In this document: positions 36,707-49,590 of the stretch, in pieces | Numbering within the stretch: position 1 is the stretch's first letter | Layout: every line of letters starts with the position of its first letter | NCBI RefSeq assembly: GCF_035084215.1 | Contig: NC_090358.1 | Location: forward strand, 8,494,001-8,558,000 | Reading direction: 5' to 3' | Source of the DNA: Heptranchias perlo | Taxonomy: Eukaryota | DNA: 64,000 nucleotides | Program-made: the position numbers and the translations under genes | The notes under the pieces: generated by a model | Told to the model about the DNA's origin: nothing | Database searches by the model: none | Seen by the model: the letters and a program-made list of their open reading frames with translations, nothing else

Positions 36707-39700
36707 CCTTCAGGTACTCAAAAAGAAGTCCAATGACTTCATAAAGAACACCCCAGGAGGAAAGGATTTTAATTATTAGCTATGTTCCCACTGAGTGATA
36801 AGAAACTTGGGGTTTATATGTTGACCTCAAAGTTAACAAATACCAGACCGTTAAGAAATCTTTGATACGGTTATGGTTAAAGTCAACAAACAAGCATATG
36901 AGTGAAAAAATGGCCTAACCATAAGAAATTCTAGATACGATGCCTTGATGTTGCCATTAAGTAAAAGAAACAGCATCATATCACACAATTTAGAAATGTC
37001 TCAAATTGCTTTGCATACACTGCTTTACTTTGTTGTGCATTGACTGTTATGTGGGAAAATGTGGTAGCATAGTGGTTATATTACTGGACTAGTAATCCAG
37101 AGTCATGAGTTCAAATCCCGCCATGGCAGCTGGGGAATTTAAATTCAATTAAATAAAATCTGGAATTAAAATACTAGTGTCAGTAATGGTGGCCATGAAA
37201 CTACCGGATTGTTTTTTAAAAACCCATCTGGTTCACTAATGCCCTTTAGGGAAGGAAACCTGCCGTCCTTACCCAGTCTGGCCTATATGTGACTCCAGAC
37301 CCACAGCAATGTGGTTGATTCTTAATTGCCCTCTGAAATGGCCTAGCAAGCCACTCAGTTGTAAAATCTCACTAAAAGAAGTCATAATAAGAATAAAACC
37401 GGACGGACCACTAGGCACCGGACAGGACAAAGGCAAACCAAGCCCAGTTGACCCTGCAAAGTCCAAAATTGGGAGAGCTGTCCCACAGACTAGTCAAGCA
37501 ACAGCCTGACATAGCCATACTCACAGAATCATACCTTTCAGCCAACGTCCCAGACTCTTCCATCACCATCCCTGGGTATGTCCTGTCCCACCGGCAGGAC
37601 AGACCGACCAGAGGTGGCGGTACAGTGATATACAGTCAGGAGGGAGTGGCCCTGGGAGTCCTCAACATTGACTCTAGACCTCATGGCATCAGGTCAAACA
37701 TGGGCAAGGAAACCTCCTGCTGATTACCACCTACCGCTCTCCCTCAGCTGATGAATCAGTCCTCCTCCATGTTGAACACTACTTGGAGGAAGCACTGAGG
37801 GTAGCAAGGGCACAGAATGTACTCTGGGTGGGGGACTTCAATAATCATCACAAAGAGTAGCTCGGTAGCACCACTGCTGGCCGAGTCCTGAAGGACAGAG
37901 CTGCCAGACTGGGCCTGCGGCAGGTGGTGAGCGAACCAACACGAGGGAAAAACTTACTTGACCTCATCCTCGCCAATCTACCTGTCGCAGATGCATCTGT
38001 CCATGACAGTATTGGTAGGAGTGACCACCGCACAGTCCTCGTGGAGATGACGTCCCGTCTTAGCACTGAGGACACCATCCAACGTGTTGTGTGGCACCAC
38101 CACCGTGCTAAATGGGATAGATTCAGAACAGATCTAGCAGCTCAAAACTGGGCATTCATGAGGCGCTCTGGGCCATCAGCAGCAGCAGAATTGTATTCCA
38201 GCACAATCTGTAACCTCATGGCCCGGCATATTCCTCACTCTACCATTACCAACAAGCCAGGGGATCAACCCTGGTTCAATGAGGAGTGTAGAAGAGCATG
38301 CCAGGAGCAGCACCAGCCGTACCTAAAAATGAGGTGTCAACCTGGTGAAGCGACAACTCAGGACTACATGCATGCTAAACAGCGGAAGCAACATTCTATA
38401 GACAGAGCTAAGCGATTCCACAACCAACGGATCAGATCAAAGCTCTGCGGTCCTGCCACATCCAGTCGTGAATGGTGGTGGACAATTAAACAACTAACGG
38501 GAGGAGGAGGCTCTGCAAACATCCCCATCCTCAATGATGGCGGAATCCAGCACGTAAGTGTAAAAGACAAGGCTGAAGCGTTTGCAACCATCTTCAGCCA
38601 GAAGTGCCGAGTGGATGATCCATTTCGGCCTCCTCCCGATATCCCCACCATCACAGAAGCCAGTCTTCAGCCAATTCGATTCACTCCACGTGATATCAAG
38701 AAACGGCTGAGTGCACTGGATACAGCAAAGGCTATGTGCCCTGACAACATCCCTACTGTAGTGCTGAAGTATTGTGCTCCAGAACTAGCTGCGCCTCTAG
38801 CCAAGCTGTTCCAGTAGAGCTACAACACTGGCATCTACCCGACAATGTGGAAAATTGCCCAGGTATGTCCTGCCCACAAAAAGCAGGATCAAATCAATCC
38901 GGCCAATTAGCGCCCCATCAGTCTAATCTCGATCATCAGCAGAGTGATGGAAGGTATCGTCGACAGTGCTATCAAGCAGCACTTACTCACCAACAACCTG
39001 CTCACCAATGCTCAGTTTGGGTTCCACCAGGACCACTCGGCTCCAGACCTCATTACAGCCTTGGTCTAAACATGGACAAAAGAGCTGAATTCCAGAGGTG
39101 AGTTGAGAGTGACTGCCGTTGACATCAAGGCAGCATTTGACCGAGTGTGGCACCAAGGAGCCCTGGTAAAATCAAAGTCAATGGGAATCAGGGGGAAAAC
39201 TCTTCAGTGGCTGGAGTCATACCTAGCACAAAGGACGATGGTAGTGGTTGTTGGAGGCCAATCATCTCAGCCCCAGGGCATTGCTGCAGGAGTTCCTCAG
39301 GGCAGTGTCGTAAGCCCAACCATCTTCAGCTGCTTCATCAATGACCTTCCCTCCATCATAAGGTCAGAAATGGGGATGTTCGCTGATGATTGCATTGTGT
39401 TCAGTTCCATTCGCAACCCCTCAAATAATGAAGCAGTCCGAGCCCGCAAGCAGCAAGACCTGGACAACATCCAGGCTTGGGCTGATAAGTGGCAAGTAAC
39501 ATTCGCGCCAGACAAGTGTCAGGCAATGACCATCTCCAACAAGAGAGAGTCTAACCATCTCCCCTTGACATTCAACGGCATTACCATCGCCGAATCCCCC
39601 ACCATCAACATCCTGGGGGTGTGACCAGAAACTTAACTGGACCAGCCATATAAATACTGTGGCTACAAGAGCAGGTCAGAGGCTGGGTATTCTGCGGCGA

Positions 39701-40006
39701 GTGACTCACCTCCTGACTCCCCAAAGCCTTTCCACCATCTACAAGGCACAAGTCAGGAGTGTGATGGAATACTCTCCACTTGCCTGGATGAGTGCAGCTC
39801 CAACAACACTCAAGAAGCTCGACACCATCCTGGACAAAGCAGCCCGCTTGATTGGCACCCCATCCACCACCCTAAACATCACTCCCTTCACCACTGGCGC
39901 ACAGTGGCTGCAGTGTGTACCATCCACAGGATGCACTGCAGCAACTCACCAAGGCTTCTCTGACAGCACCTCCCAAACCCGCGACCTCTACTACTTAGAA
40001 GGAAAA

Positions 40007-40099
40007 ATAGTAGAGTTCACCTGACGAAGGAGGAAGCCTCCGAAAGCTTGTGAATTTAAAATAAAATTGCTGGACTATAACTTGGTGTTGTAAAATTGT
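40007..40099 (+). mobile_element. Short Penelope-like terminal-repeat insert nested in the LINE
   Basis: Absent from the paralogous LINE copy near 18960; flanked by the duplication ttagaaggaaaa; nearly identical to the insert at 61336-61478. Confidence 0.85.
40016..40054 (+). ncRNA. Minimal type I hammerhead ribozyme motif
   Basis: ttcac-CTGACGA-a-ggagg(aag)cctcc-GAAA-gc-tt-gtgaa: stem I ttcac/gtgaa, stem II ggagg/cctcc, palindromic AAGCTT in place of stem III. Confidence 0.75.
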
Positions 40100-43000
40100 T
40101 TAGAAGGAAAAGAGCAGCAGGTACATGGGAACAACACCACCTGCACGTTACCCTCCAAGTCACACACCATCCCGACTTGGAAATATATCGCCGTTCCTTC
40201 ATCGTTGCTGGGTCAAAATCCTGGAACTCCCTTCCTAACAGCACTGTGGGAGAACCTGCATCAGACGGACTGCGGCGGTTCAAAAAGGCGGCTTATTACT
40301 GCCTTCTCAATTAGGGATGGGCAATAAATGCCGGCCTCGCCAGCGAAGCCCATATCCCATGAACGAATAAAAAAAAACATGAATGACTAGGTTCTTTTTG
40401 ACATTGGGAGATGGAGGAATGTTGGCCAGGACATTGGGAGAACTCGCTGCCAAACATCAATAACTCTCTAAATATAGTAAAAAAAATAAAAGTACTGGAT
40501 ATAATAACTGGTCATTGTCATGTCGAGATTTGTGTGAAATTGTGATTGATTTTAACAAAATGTTGTGAGTAATATCTCAATATGGAAAACAAATTGGGTC
40601 ATTAATCAATCCAACAGTTTATTCTTAGCAAAAGTAGTAAAATATATGTAATCATGAGAATTTACAAACACATGAAAGTCCTTTAATGGTTACTACACAT
40701 TCAGATACTTTGAGAATGGATGGTTGCTTCAATAAGGGGACTTGTATATGTATCCGCCCAATTGCATGGGGCAGTTGTGTTAACGTACACAGTTCAAATG
40801 ACACAATCACTAAAGTATTCTGGGTTAATGATTATATCTTTGCCGACATTAGTTCAACTCCCTCACACTTTGAGTAAATAATCCCTTAAGGTCAGTTACT
40901 TAATTATATCACTGTTTAAATATAAATATTCTGAAAAAAATCAATAGACAGAAAATAAACAAACCAAAATGATAAAAGTTTATAGTAATCCTTTGTAACT
41001 GTTTCATTTTTCAAAAGGTTACTGAACTTGTTTATAATGTTTCAAAAAGCAAATAACATGCATAAAAGCAAAATCCTATGAAGAGAATGCATTCTCCTTT
41101 ACTATTGTCATACTATAAGTCACAACAGAAATAGATAACAGGTACCAGGATACCATGTGAAAACGGATTGCTTTTCATTCACCTAAGAGAAGGCATTGAC
41201 TAGCATGCAACATTGGCGAGCAGGGCTGAGGTGCTGTCAGATTCAATGGGTAATTGTCTCAGGCAGCTTTCCCCACGGGATTAAATTTGAATGTATGACC
41301 AGGAAAGTCAGATGACAGGGCAAATGGCTGCTGATTAGTTGGCGATTTTCCGTGGATTCAACATAGAAGTCTTCTATGTAATGGAGAAGCCCAAGAAATG
41401 GATTGGATGAAGCACTTGTAGTTTGTCCCTGGTGACAGATGATTCACAGGTCAGGAGAGCTTGTCCCATGACTGCTTGTCTTCACATACAAAAACCAAAT
41501 TGGCACTGGCTGTTTTGCACTAAGATGAAGACAAATTATATTTGCACAGATCTCTGTGTTTGGCATTGGTGGAGGCCCATGAGAAAGTCTTCTGCCTGCC
41601 CCCTCAGGCCACAGGTAGCTGGTAGTGTTGGGAGACCAGAGAACTAGGGAGGAAATACAGAGATATCACACCTCCACACAGAATAGAAAACAAAATGATG
41701 AAGCATCGATTTTTATAAAGGATCCTTTTGCAGACACATTTTAGAGTGGTGAATGTCTTTAAAAACATACTGTTATTGCCAAATTGATCATTGAAAGAAG
41801 GACTTGCATCTTAACATGTGTCTGAAACATCTTGACGTATAATTAATTACTTTGAATCACAGTGACTGTTATTAATATGCAAAATACAGCAGATATGATG
41901 TACTCATACACATGGGGGTAGACATTGGTCCTTTTTGCGCCTGTTTCAAGCCTATAAAAACGCCCGCAGTTTCTGCACGGAGTACCAGTATTAGAAATTT
42001 AGGTCTGCCATACATACCTTCTCAGGTTCAATGACGTCAGTCACTCCCATAATACTTCTAATGGGAGTTGACTCGCAACCTGGGGGTGTAACAATAATGC
42101 CCCCTTATGACATGAATGTTGGTGTCTTTTGCACACGTACTCCTTCAATCTCTTCAAAGGTAGACACAACAGGTGTGAGGTGTGTTGTTTTTTTGATTAC
42201 TTAGGCAAGCCAACAAATCGCTTAATATTGTGTCTCTGGAGGAAACAACTTCCATTTAGCGTATGCACCACTTTTCATCTAGGTGTGTTTCTTAAAAGTT
42301 GTGAGAATACACTTTGCTTAAAAATCCCACCATTAAAAGTAACTTTTTATTTCAATTTTTTTCTGTGGAAAATAGTCAAGAAATCCTGAAAAATGACAGT
42401 CAGCTAAATTGTATCATCGGATCCTGGAATGGGGCTCGAACCCACAACCTTCTGACTCAGAAACAAAATTGCTACTGCACCTACTGATAGCAAAAATCTG
42501 CACTAAATACTAATGGTACGGCTTCAGGCATGGCTTCTCCTGCCTGTGGAATTCTCTCTCAGTGACGTCACCTGGAACTTTATCCATTTTGCAAAAGAGT
42601 TCTAGAGACAGAGTTAACCATCACTTGCTGAACTATAGCTGTTGAGCACGTATGAGACTATTGCAAAACCCAAGTAATCTATTTCAGAGCCTTTCTGCAC
42701 TCTCAGTAAGCACTAGGATCAAATTAATCAGACCTCTGTCCTTGTTACTGTTGCCTCTGGCTGTACCTTGGTTACTATGCTGTTTAAAAATACATAGAAA
42801 CAAAACAAAATAAGTAAAAGTGGTCTAATGTTTACAAATTGTTACAGACTTTGTCAAACAGCAGTTGCTTCAATGATGTTATGACTGGGCTTCTGTTGAC
42901 CAGTTGGACTCTATTGTATGATCTGCCATCCATCAAAACAACAGAGGAGCCAGTTTCCATGGAGATTTCCACTTGGGACATGACATGGAATGCAAGCATG

Positions 43001-43264
43001 GAAGGTATGCTAAGCAGCCTAGAACCTGGGACATATACAGATATGTGAGCTGAAGGTTAAGTGAATGTAATGTTTAACTTAAATGAATCCACTTATTGAA
43101 AGGCTGCAAGCTGTAAACAAAAATCATTTTTTCCCATTAAATATTTGACTTTGGAAACCAGGGCTCTGTGCTTTGCACTAGTTCACCTCTGGTACATGTA
43201 GACACTGCACAGCATTTTACTAAGGAGATTTTAAAAATTATTTTAGTGAAGAAAATATAAGCAT

Positions 43265-44456
43265 GTGAAAGGGGGATGGGGGGAATTGCAGTGGATGTCA
43301 TGTACCCAGATTTGCAGAGAGTCTTTGAAAGTACCACAGCGAAGATTACTGGAGAAAATTAAGGCTTATGGCATCAGGGTGAAGGCAGCAAACTGGATTA
43401 AAAAACGGTTAGAAGTGTGGAAACAGAGAGTAGGAGTTAAGCACAGTTTCTCAAAGTGGTTGGAACTAAGTAGCTGTGTCCCACAGTGTTCTGTTTTGGA
43501 CCACTTTTGTTCACTGTGTACATCAATAATTTGAATGTAGGGCAAGAGGGAGAATGGTGTCCAAATTTTCAGATGATACTAAAATATGAGGCATGGTAAA
43601 TAATTTTGAGGACCAAAAGGAAGATACAAGGGGATATTGATAAGTTGGTGGAATGGCCAAAAAGTGGCAGTTGTAATGCAACGTCAGTAAATGTGAGATG
43701 GTATACTTTGGTAAAAATAAATAATAATTATACTTTGAATGGGGGAAGGCTTGTTGATGTGGAAGAGAAAAGGGATGTGGGGGTTTAGGTTCACAAGACA
43801 TTAAATGGAGCACTTCAAATGAATAAGGTCATAAAGAAAGCTAATACTGAGTTTCATGGCAAGAAAGAGAGTATAAAAATCAAGATCTAATGATGAATTA
43901 TATAAAACCTTGGTAAGATCATAGTTGGAGTACTGTGTGCTATTTTGGACTCCATACTATAGGAAGCATGTTGAAGCAAGAGAGAGGGTACAGCACAGAT
44001 TCACTAGGATGCTGCCTGGTATGAGGAAATACAAAGACTTGAAAAATTGGGGCTGTTTATATTGGAATGGAGCAGATTAAGGGGTGATTTTCTGAAGGTG
44101 TTTAAAATGATAAAGGGGTGAGACAGATTAGATGGAAATAGATTGTTTCAAGTGATTGAGGGGAGATAGATACAAGATTAAACATAAGAGATTTAAGATA
44201 TAGAGTTGGAGAATTTTTGTTCACACAGGGGGTTGTGAGGCTGTGGGATTCATTAACAGGGTTAGTGATTGAAGCAGAGATCATGTCAACATTTAAGATA
44301 GGTTGGATAGGTAGTTGAAGGAAAGGGGAATAAAGGGAGATGAAAACAAAGCAAGTAAATGGGATTAGGACTACTACTCATGTGGAGGAAAAACACCAAC
44401 ATGAATTGGTTGGTTCGAATGGCCTGTTTCCATGTTATAATTTCTATGTAATTCTA
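43265..44456 (+). mobile_element. CR1 LINE, old 5'-truncated copy
   Basis: KVPQRRLLEKIKAYGI, VPQCSVL, SKFSDDTK remnants; tail ttctatgtaattcta. Confidence 0.9.
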
Positions 44457-44479
44457 CTTTGCTGTTTTTAATTCTAAAG

Positions 44480-45460
44480 GCTTAAACTGTTGGATTTTCC
44501 CCTTCCTGGGTGGTATTTGGGTGGGTGGAGATGGAAATTGAAGCAGGAGTCCTTTACCTTGAATTCCCATCCACTTTAGCACCTATCCAATTTTATGTTG
44601 ACATTTCCAGTGCAAGTTTTAAACGCCCGCACTAAAACTGGTGGGTATATTTAAATGAGGGTAATGACATGGTGCTGTCATACATTCCATCATTACCACC
44701 TCATTCATACTCAGTGCTCATTAAGCCTACATATAACTGGTATTCAGGATTACTAAGCATTGGGGAAAAGGCAGAACACAAGAGCCAACCACAGATATTT
44801 GAAAGCTTTGCAGAATTCTTATTTCTGCACTGATAAAATTAGTTTGTTTTCCTGTCAACAAATTTAACATCTGCCTCCTTCTTTAGACAGGACACAAAAT
44901 GGGTTTTCCATTGGAGACTCCGCTCTACCTTTGCTTCCTGAAGAGAGAGGAGAAGCAATGCTGGAAGGCCAGGCTGGGGAGATTGCACTGGAGATGCATG
45001 AAAGCTATCTGCTGGAACACCCACACTAGAGGATACAAGCAGAAACATTCCTATCTGCATTTGTATAAGGAGCAACAGCAGTCTGAAAATGATGTGGAGG
45101 ATATCCATTACCTGGTTGCAAGGCACATTCATGCCAAACTGACTTAGCAGCCCTTGTCTTGACTATCACATTTGGCCACTGGATGAACAGTCTTGTGTAC
45201 ATCTTCACCCTTTCCCATCACTTACAAGAACTTTCATTTGTGTGCATCGCTTCACGCAGTTCCCATTTATACCAACTCATCAAAGCCGTTTACAAACCTT
45301 GCTAAGAACGATGTATACACACACAACTTTAGTACAATCACAATTCTAATCAAAAGCTATAGTGTGTGTATGTGGGGTTAATGTGCACCTAGTACTTCTT
45401 ATCCTTGTGCTTACCATTGGCGCCATTGTATGACGTGCGTGATCCTATAAATTTTGGCCG
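44480..45460 (+). mobile_element. Degenerate Harbinger-type element with a possible transposase N-terminal remnant
   Basis: RGYKQKHSYLHLYKEQ...VEDIHYLV (in ORF 44899-45147) resembles the Harbinger transposase N-terminus; right end aaattttggcc. Confidence 0.45.
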
Positions 45461-45665
45461 GGACACCAAGAGAACTCTCCTGATCCGAGAGGGCAGATAA
45501 GGCCCTAGTTAATGCTGCATCTGAAATATGGCACCTCCAACACTCCCTCAGTATTGCACTGAAATATCAGCTTAGATTATGTGGTCAAGTATCTAGCATG
45601 GGGCTTTAACCTGTAATTTTCTGACTCAGGGATGAGTACTACCACTGAACCCAGGCTGACACTTA
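45460..45665 (-). mobile_element. DeuSINE-like SINE 5' half
   Basis: Reverse-complement tRNA-like head (ttctgactcag...taccactga) and central block. Confidence 0.6.
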
Positions 45666-47029
45666 ACAGCAGTGGAGCGTGCCAGGAAAAATTGATAGAA
45701 CCATTCCTCCCCAACATAAGTACATGGCCCAAAATTGTATTGTCAGTACCTTTCAATGTGTCTGTAGCCAAAATCATCTTACCCTATTAAAAAGAAAAGA
45801 ATCTGCACAACATCAGATCTCTTTATTTTCTCTGGTCCACTTAAGGCCTGTGACTCAAAGATTTACCTGTTACCAAGCTTCTACCATTGCAGCTTGGAAT
45901 CATATAAGTCTTTCAGACTGGCTCTTCCTCATCCCATTTCCCAGCTCCACATATGGAGTAGCCATCAGGCCTGTATTCTTGGCCTTACCAAGTAGAACAG
46001 CTGAGATCAGGAACGCAGTAGAGTGGAAGAGATGAAACCTGCATCCTCACTGCCATAGTTCAAACTCTGAAATTTCTAATCTACTTTGAATGTTTATTCT
46101 CTAAGGGCAAAGCAAATCACCCTTGTCAACATATTCTTTCGACATTCGTAGCTGTTCTTTAGTAAATGCCAAAATGTAGCATCAAAGTCCTTATTATGAA
46201 CTGAATTGACATCCTCATCTGTCAATGATGTTGAGATATGTTTGTCATGATCAAAGGCTGATGGTCAAATACAAGAGCTGTCTACTGTCTGGCAGTGGGA
46301 TTAGGATTATCAGAATTATACCCTGCAAAGCGTGTATTGCATTACATTACATAGCCTGGATCGAGAATATGACAGCATATAGGAGCACTCAGATCACAAC
46401 ACATTGAGGCAATTTGCAACAAAAATTGACCAGGAGCTTATTTACCAACTTATTGAATGAGGATTTAGAGCTTCGGAGAAACTTAATTAATGGGGGAGAT
46501 GCTATTGTTGTTCCTAATAGTTGAACCATCAAAATAATCTTTGTTTTTCAAAAGCCTGCTGGATGCACATTGTGTCAGAATTAGCAAATCCTGGGGGTTA
46601 CTGTCAATCAATATGATTTTCAAGCCATCCCTTGTCTTTGTGTCTGTTTTTGATGGGCAGTTCGATCTCCAAGGGCAGGGCAAGCTATGTGCAAACGTGA
46701 CAGCTGTTGGCGGTTGCTTCAGTTCACTTGTAGACTGCGCAGCCAAGCCTCAGCAGCGAGCAATTACTTCAGAACAGTTTCTCACATATAACTTAGCAAA
46801 GACACATGGACCAATGAGAATCACTAAGAATTGAGAGTTTTTATAGCTTTGGAACACATGCTGTGATTTATCTTTTGTGGCTTTTATTCTGTTAACTGTA
46901 CCTCTTATAAACTTTATTCAGTTTTCACATGATCTGTCAATGTGGTACTTTCCACCGATTTCAAGGCGCTCAGCAGTACATGGTGGGATCCTGCACTACT
47001 TGTATTGCATACTTCAATGGTATCCTAAT

Positions 47030-47478
47030 TTTCACCAAGCCTGTTCACCCATCACCAGTGTTTGCTGACCTACATTAGCTCCCGATCCAACAAAGCCTCG
47101 GTTTTTAAATTCTAATCCTAGTTTTCAAATCCCTCCATGGCCTCGCCCCTCCCTATCTCTGTAAACTCCTCCAGCCTTACAACCCTCCTAGATCTCTGCG
47201 CTTCTCCAATTCTGGCCTATTGCACACCTCCAATTTTCTTCGCTCCACCATTGGCGGCCGTGCCTTCTGCTGCCTAGGCCCTAAGCTCTGGATCTCCTTC
47301 CCTAAATCTCTCCGCTTCCCTCTCCTCCTTAAAACCTACCTCTTTGACCAAGCTTTTGGTCACCTGTCCTAATATGTCCTTACGTGGCTCGGTGTCAAAT
47401 TTTGTCTGATAATTGCTCCTGTGAAGCACCTAGGGATGTTTTACTACATTAAAGGCACTTTATAAACGCAAGTTGTAG
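47030..47478 (+). mobile_element. L2 3' fragment
   Basis: Homologous to 4600-5056. Confidence 0.85.
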
Positions 47479-49334
47479 TAAAAGGGTTCACTGCACACAA
47501 AGGCCGACTACCCTAAATACAGTCCGCACAAGGTCCAGTTTTGGTTCATAGCTTGTACTTGCATATTGAAGATGACTTCGTGATAAGTTTGAATAAAAAG
47601 TAGTGGGAGAGAAATATCATGAAACAGCCCAAATTAAAATGGCTGTCCACATAAAAACAAGTGGCTGTCAGGCTTGCTTACACATATTTATTGAACTTGA
47701 AAGTAATTCATTATATGTGAAACAGTTGGAAGTGTTTAAGAAATGCGATCAGGTGCTCAAGGAATGCAAGTTTTTCTTTTTAAAAATCAATGGGCAGAAC
47801 TTCAGCTTCACAAAACTAACAGTGCTATTAAAATATTTATAATTTAAAAATATTTAAGTATTTAGTCTACTCAATATTTTTCCAATGTTTAATACTAACT
47901 TTCACATATATTCAGGGCTGGGCTAAGCTACGAATTTGCTGTCCTCCAAGCCTTTCCTCCTCCATGCATCCCTACTATGCTCAGAACAAAATTTATGGTA
48001 CGGTCTCCTACTCTGTCTCATTTTTTTGCAGAACTTTAAAACTGTGGAACTCCTTACATCCCTTAGCCTCCCTTTCCTCCTTAAACCTACAGGCTTTTAA
48101 AATCCAAGCTTAGAGTCATCTAACCACCACTTCTTTATATCATCTTCTCTCCTACGCTCTACAACTTTTGGTGGTGTCTTTCTTTTTGGTCTTTTCTCAA
48201 TACAACAATTACACTTCTATAGCGCTCATGTAAGGAAAATGGCTTGGCACTTTAGAAGGAATACAAAAACTAGACACCAAAGAGAGAAAGAAAAACAAGT
48301 TTAGGGTATATTAGGTTAAGGATTTTGAGAAGGCTTTGAAAGCAAAGAGGGGTTTTGGGAAACAGGACATATTGGTCGAAAGAACAGTGGCTTTTGGTAG
48401 AGTAGCAGAGAACTAGGAGTAAACTAGTGTTGGAGTGTTCTAAAATATCTGTAAATGCGATATGATTGAATGCATTTCAAATAGAAATATAAAATAAAGC
48501 AGCACAATTTTATAATGAATATATTAGTTTATGAGAGCAACAAATACTTAACAGTAAAATTATTTCAGTTCTTTGAGTACAGCAGCATTGGTTTGCAGCA
48601 CAGTCAGTCACTGAAAATTAGTAGTTTCCTAATTTAGGATACAGAAAGTTAATTTCTCAAATATTGCTTTGTAGGGTAAATTTTGGAGAGAGGGACTCTT
48701 GATGTTCAGTCACGCTAGATGGGAACATGAGTTACAGAATCAGTCCTACAGTGTTTTAACCCCATCTATCTCTGACCCATGTTCCTTTCAAGCAAGGCTC
48801 CGTGCCAGGAGCTTCCCATCACAAAATTTCCTTTTATATCTTTAATCTAATGTTAAAAACATTAGACATTTTTTGCATAGTTTTTTTTCAGTAAACAAAG
48901 ATTGTTCAGTAAACACGTTTTCTGAAGATTCTAAATTCAAATGCATCACTTCTCATTAGAGCCCCTAAAACAAAAATGTTCAACTCACAAATATATTTGT
49001 ATTTTCATAAAAGGTTTTACCACTCTTAATAGAAAGCCACAAGGCTCAGAAAAATTATACATTATCCAGCCCCTTACTGGAGGTCAAAAATTTAAAATAT
49101 TAAATAGAAAACTTAACTGCAGAAGTTATCTTATTTCTCAAAAAAATGTTCCGCATTGCATACAGGTTGTAGCACGAGACTTCCCTGCATTTGTTTGTGC
49201 AACGCTACAACTCTGAAAACAACGTGGAGTCCTAGACAATGAATCCTGACTCGAGAGTGGAGCGGAGTGCTGGTTGCAAATGACATTTTATTTGCAGACG
49301 ATACTACCCTCCCAGTGATGCGTAATAGTAATTG

Positions 49335-49590
49335 CTCCCCAATACCTCAGTGGGTAAGTGCACTGTGCCATACAAAACCCAAGTTCAATTCTCAAACTGT
49401 GCTGTGTAAGCCGATCTCAATATTGAGGATATTGTAACTGGGTTTTATGTCCTCAGGTTAAGAAGGAAGGGGCAAAATATAATCAGCCAGAGTTCATGCT
49501 CTTGATCGTTATCCAGTGAGCGCTGCTGGAAAGTGGATGTCTGGTGAAGGGAGGAGCCGGTTCAGCTGTGATGCCCTCCCCCTCCACAAT
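49335..49590 (+). mobile_element. tRNA-derived SINE (family also at 58210-58620 and 63140-63260)
   Basis: Shared ctgtgctg.gt(t)agc.gat.tcag block after a B-box-like segment. Confidence 0.6.

Larger units (their letters stand above)
37061..40377 (+). mobile_element. Near full-length CR1-group LINE: tRNA-like 5' head, single APE-RT ORF disrupted by stops and frameshifts, short 3' UTR, A tail
   Basis: APE (PDIAILTESYL, RQDRPTRGGG, GDFN, SDH) and RT (DIKAAFDRVWH, GVPQGSV, FADD) motifs; flanked on both sides by parts of a minus-strand DeuSINE-like element. Confidence 0.93.

Noticed and set aside
42420-42485. tRNA gene on the minus strand
   Set aside because: Only a B-box and anticodon-like remnant of a SINE head; no complete cloverleaf.
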